This document shows, piece after piece, positions 62,995 through 64,000 of a stretch of 64,000 bases of DNA. The stretch is from Microthyrium microscopicum (lineage: Eukaryota). The notes below the pieces were generated by a model, which had not been told where the DNA came from, searched no databases, and was given only the letters and a program-made list of their open reading frames with translations. The stretch's first letter is position 1, and each line of letters begins with the position of its first letter. Both the position numbers and the translations under genes were made by a program. The stretch is from assembly GCA_010405405.1 (NCBI GenBank), contig MU004233.1, positions 2,396,539-2,460,538 of the forward strand. The letters run 5' to 3'.

Positions 62995-63208
62995 CCAACC
63001 TGTGGACAAAATAATTGGCCTGCGCCCATCGAGTTCGATGGCTCCCACATGCCACGCTTTGCTATCGAGTGCTTTATTTCCAATAAAGGGTATTTATACT
63101 AGCTCAGTTTATTAAACGCGATGGAAAATATAGCGTCTCCTATTAGTACCGTTCGTGGAAGCCATTGAAGTTGATGGGGGCAGGCCAAATATTTTGTCCA
63201 CCAGTTGG
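62995..63208. repeat. Imperfect 54-bp inverted repeat (MITE-like foldback, 214 bp)
   Basis: Arm 62995-63048 is the reverse complement of arm 63155-63208 with 8 mismatches by manual count; CAA flanks both ends. Confidence 0.75.
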
Positions 63209-63279
63209 CAACTATCAAGGATCTCTCGACTGCAGTAACAAATCTCACGGAGTGAAGAATGCCCTATTAAGGCTTGAAA

Positions 63280-64000
63280 TTAGCTCTTCGGATTCCAGGT
63301 GGCATTCCAAACGGCGGAAAATGGGTCCTATAAAAGTTAACTTGTATAACAACACTGCAGGTAAACGCAAAATGTTGTATGTTTACGACGGAAAAAGCTT
63401 ACCCAAGTCGAATCCAAATGCCTCTCATACTCCAAAGTGTTTGCAATGCCCGAAGCAATGTCCTCCCCGTAATGTTTTTTGACAAAGGCAAAGGTTACGT
63501 CCAATCCAGCCGACACACCAGATGAGGTCCAGATTGGTATTTGGCCAGCAGTTTCGTCCTCCACCCATCGTGCTTTTGGCACCCACTGAACCTTTGGACC
63601 CTGACTAACGACCCAATCCCAATATTTTTTGTTGCCAGTCGCACGACGACCATCAAGTAAGCCAGTGCGGGCGAATAACCCTGCTCCCGTGCAGACAGTG
63701 ATGACATATCGCAGATTGGGAAAGACTTTTTTGATGTATTCTCTCACTGGAGCAGTTTGGTTAAGGACACGAGTTCCATAACCTGCTTTGGTGAGTGAGT
63801 GTAAGTTTGAAGGAGCTTTTGGCACAAACCTCCAGGGATCAGAAGCACTTCGAGATCTTTTGGTGCGTCTTCAAAAGTGTGCGTGATTGCAAGTGACTCT
63901 GCGAACGACGTGCCGGGTCTAGCACGCGGTGTGCGTGTAGACACTGGGTCTTTTGTAGCAGCCAAAACAACTAAATCTATGTCCACTTCCAAAGAGAGCA
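63280..64000 (-). CDS. DJ-1/PfpI (ThiJ; isonitrile-hydratase-like) family protein, 5' partial
   Basis: THTFEDAP.DLEVLLIPGG|.GTR, ITVCTGA (catalytic Cys), GLLDGRRATGNK, ARWVED, IWTSSGVSAGLD, LEYERH..STW|DPF. Confidence 0.9.

Overview
Gene-dense eukaryotic DNA from a filamentous ascomycete (Pezizomycotina-type genes, short GT-AG introns with CTRAC/CTRAT branch points). Most of the window is housekeeping or lineage-specific genes: cell-wall-integrity MAP kinase (Slt2/MpkA), SDR, F-box-like, DUF3632-like, cutinase, septin-like GTPase, ATP11, BAR-PH-ArfGAP, NTF2-RRM (G3BP/Nxt3), EMC2, AP-3 delta, RAMP4, PQ-loop transporter, P450-like and DJ-1/PfpI. The standout is a compact four-gene cluster at 15.6-23.4 kb that looks like a fungal phosphonate (C-P bond) catabolism system. 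It encodes a PhnY-like Fe/2-oxoglutarate dioxygenase, a single spliced gene fusing a PhnZ-like HD di-iron oxygenase to a PhnA phosphonoacetate hydrolase, a Zn2Cys6 regulator and a Pho84-family transporter. A CGN-N8-CCG motif is shared by both divergent promoters, and PHO-box-like sites sit in the regulator/transporter promoter. Other points of interest are a secreted His1 (LPMO-like) protein with Trp at the putative axial position, an unannotated structured-RNA-like segment at about 34.3-34.7 kb and a MITE-like inverted repeat at about 63 kb. All calls come from reading motifs by eye; no database searches were run.
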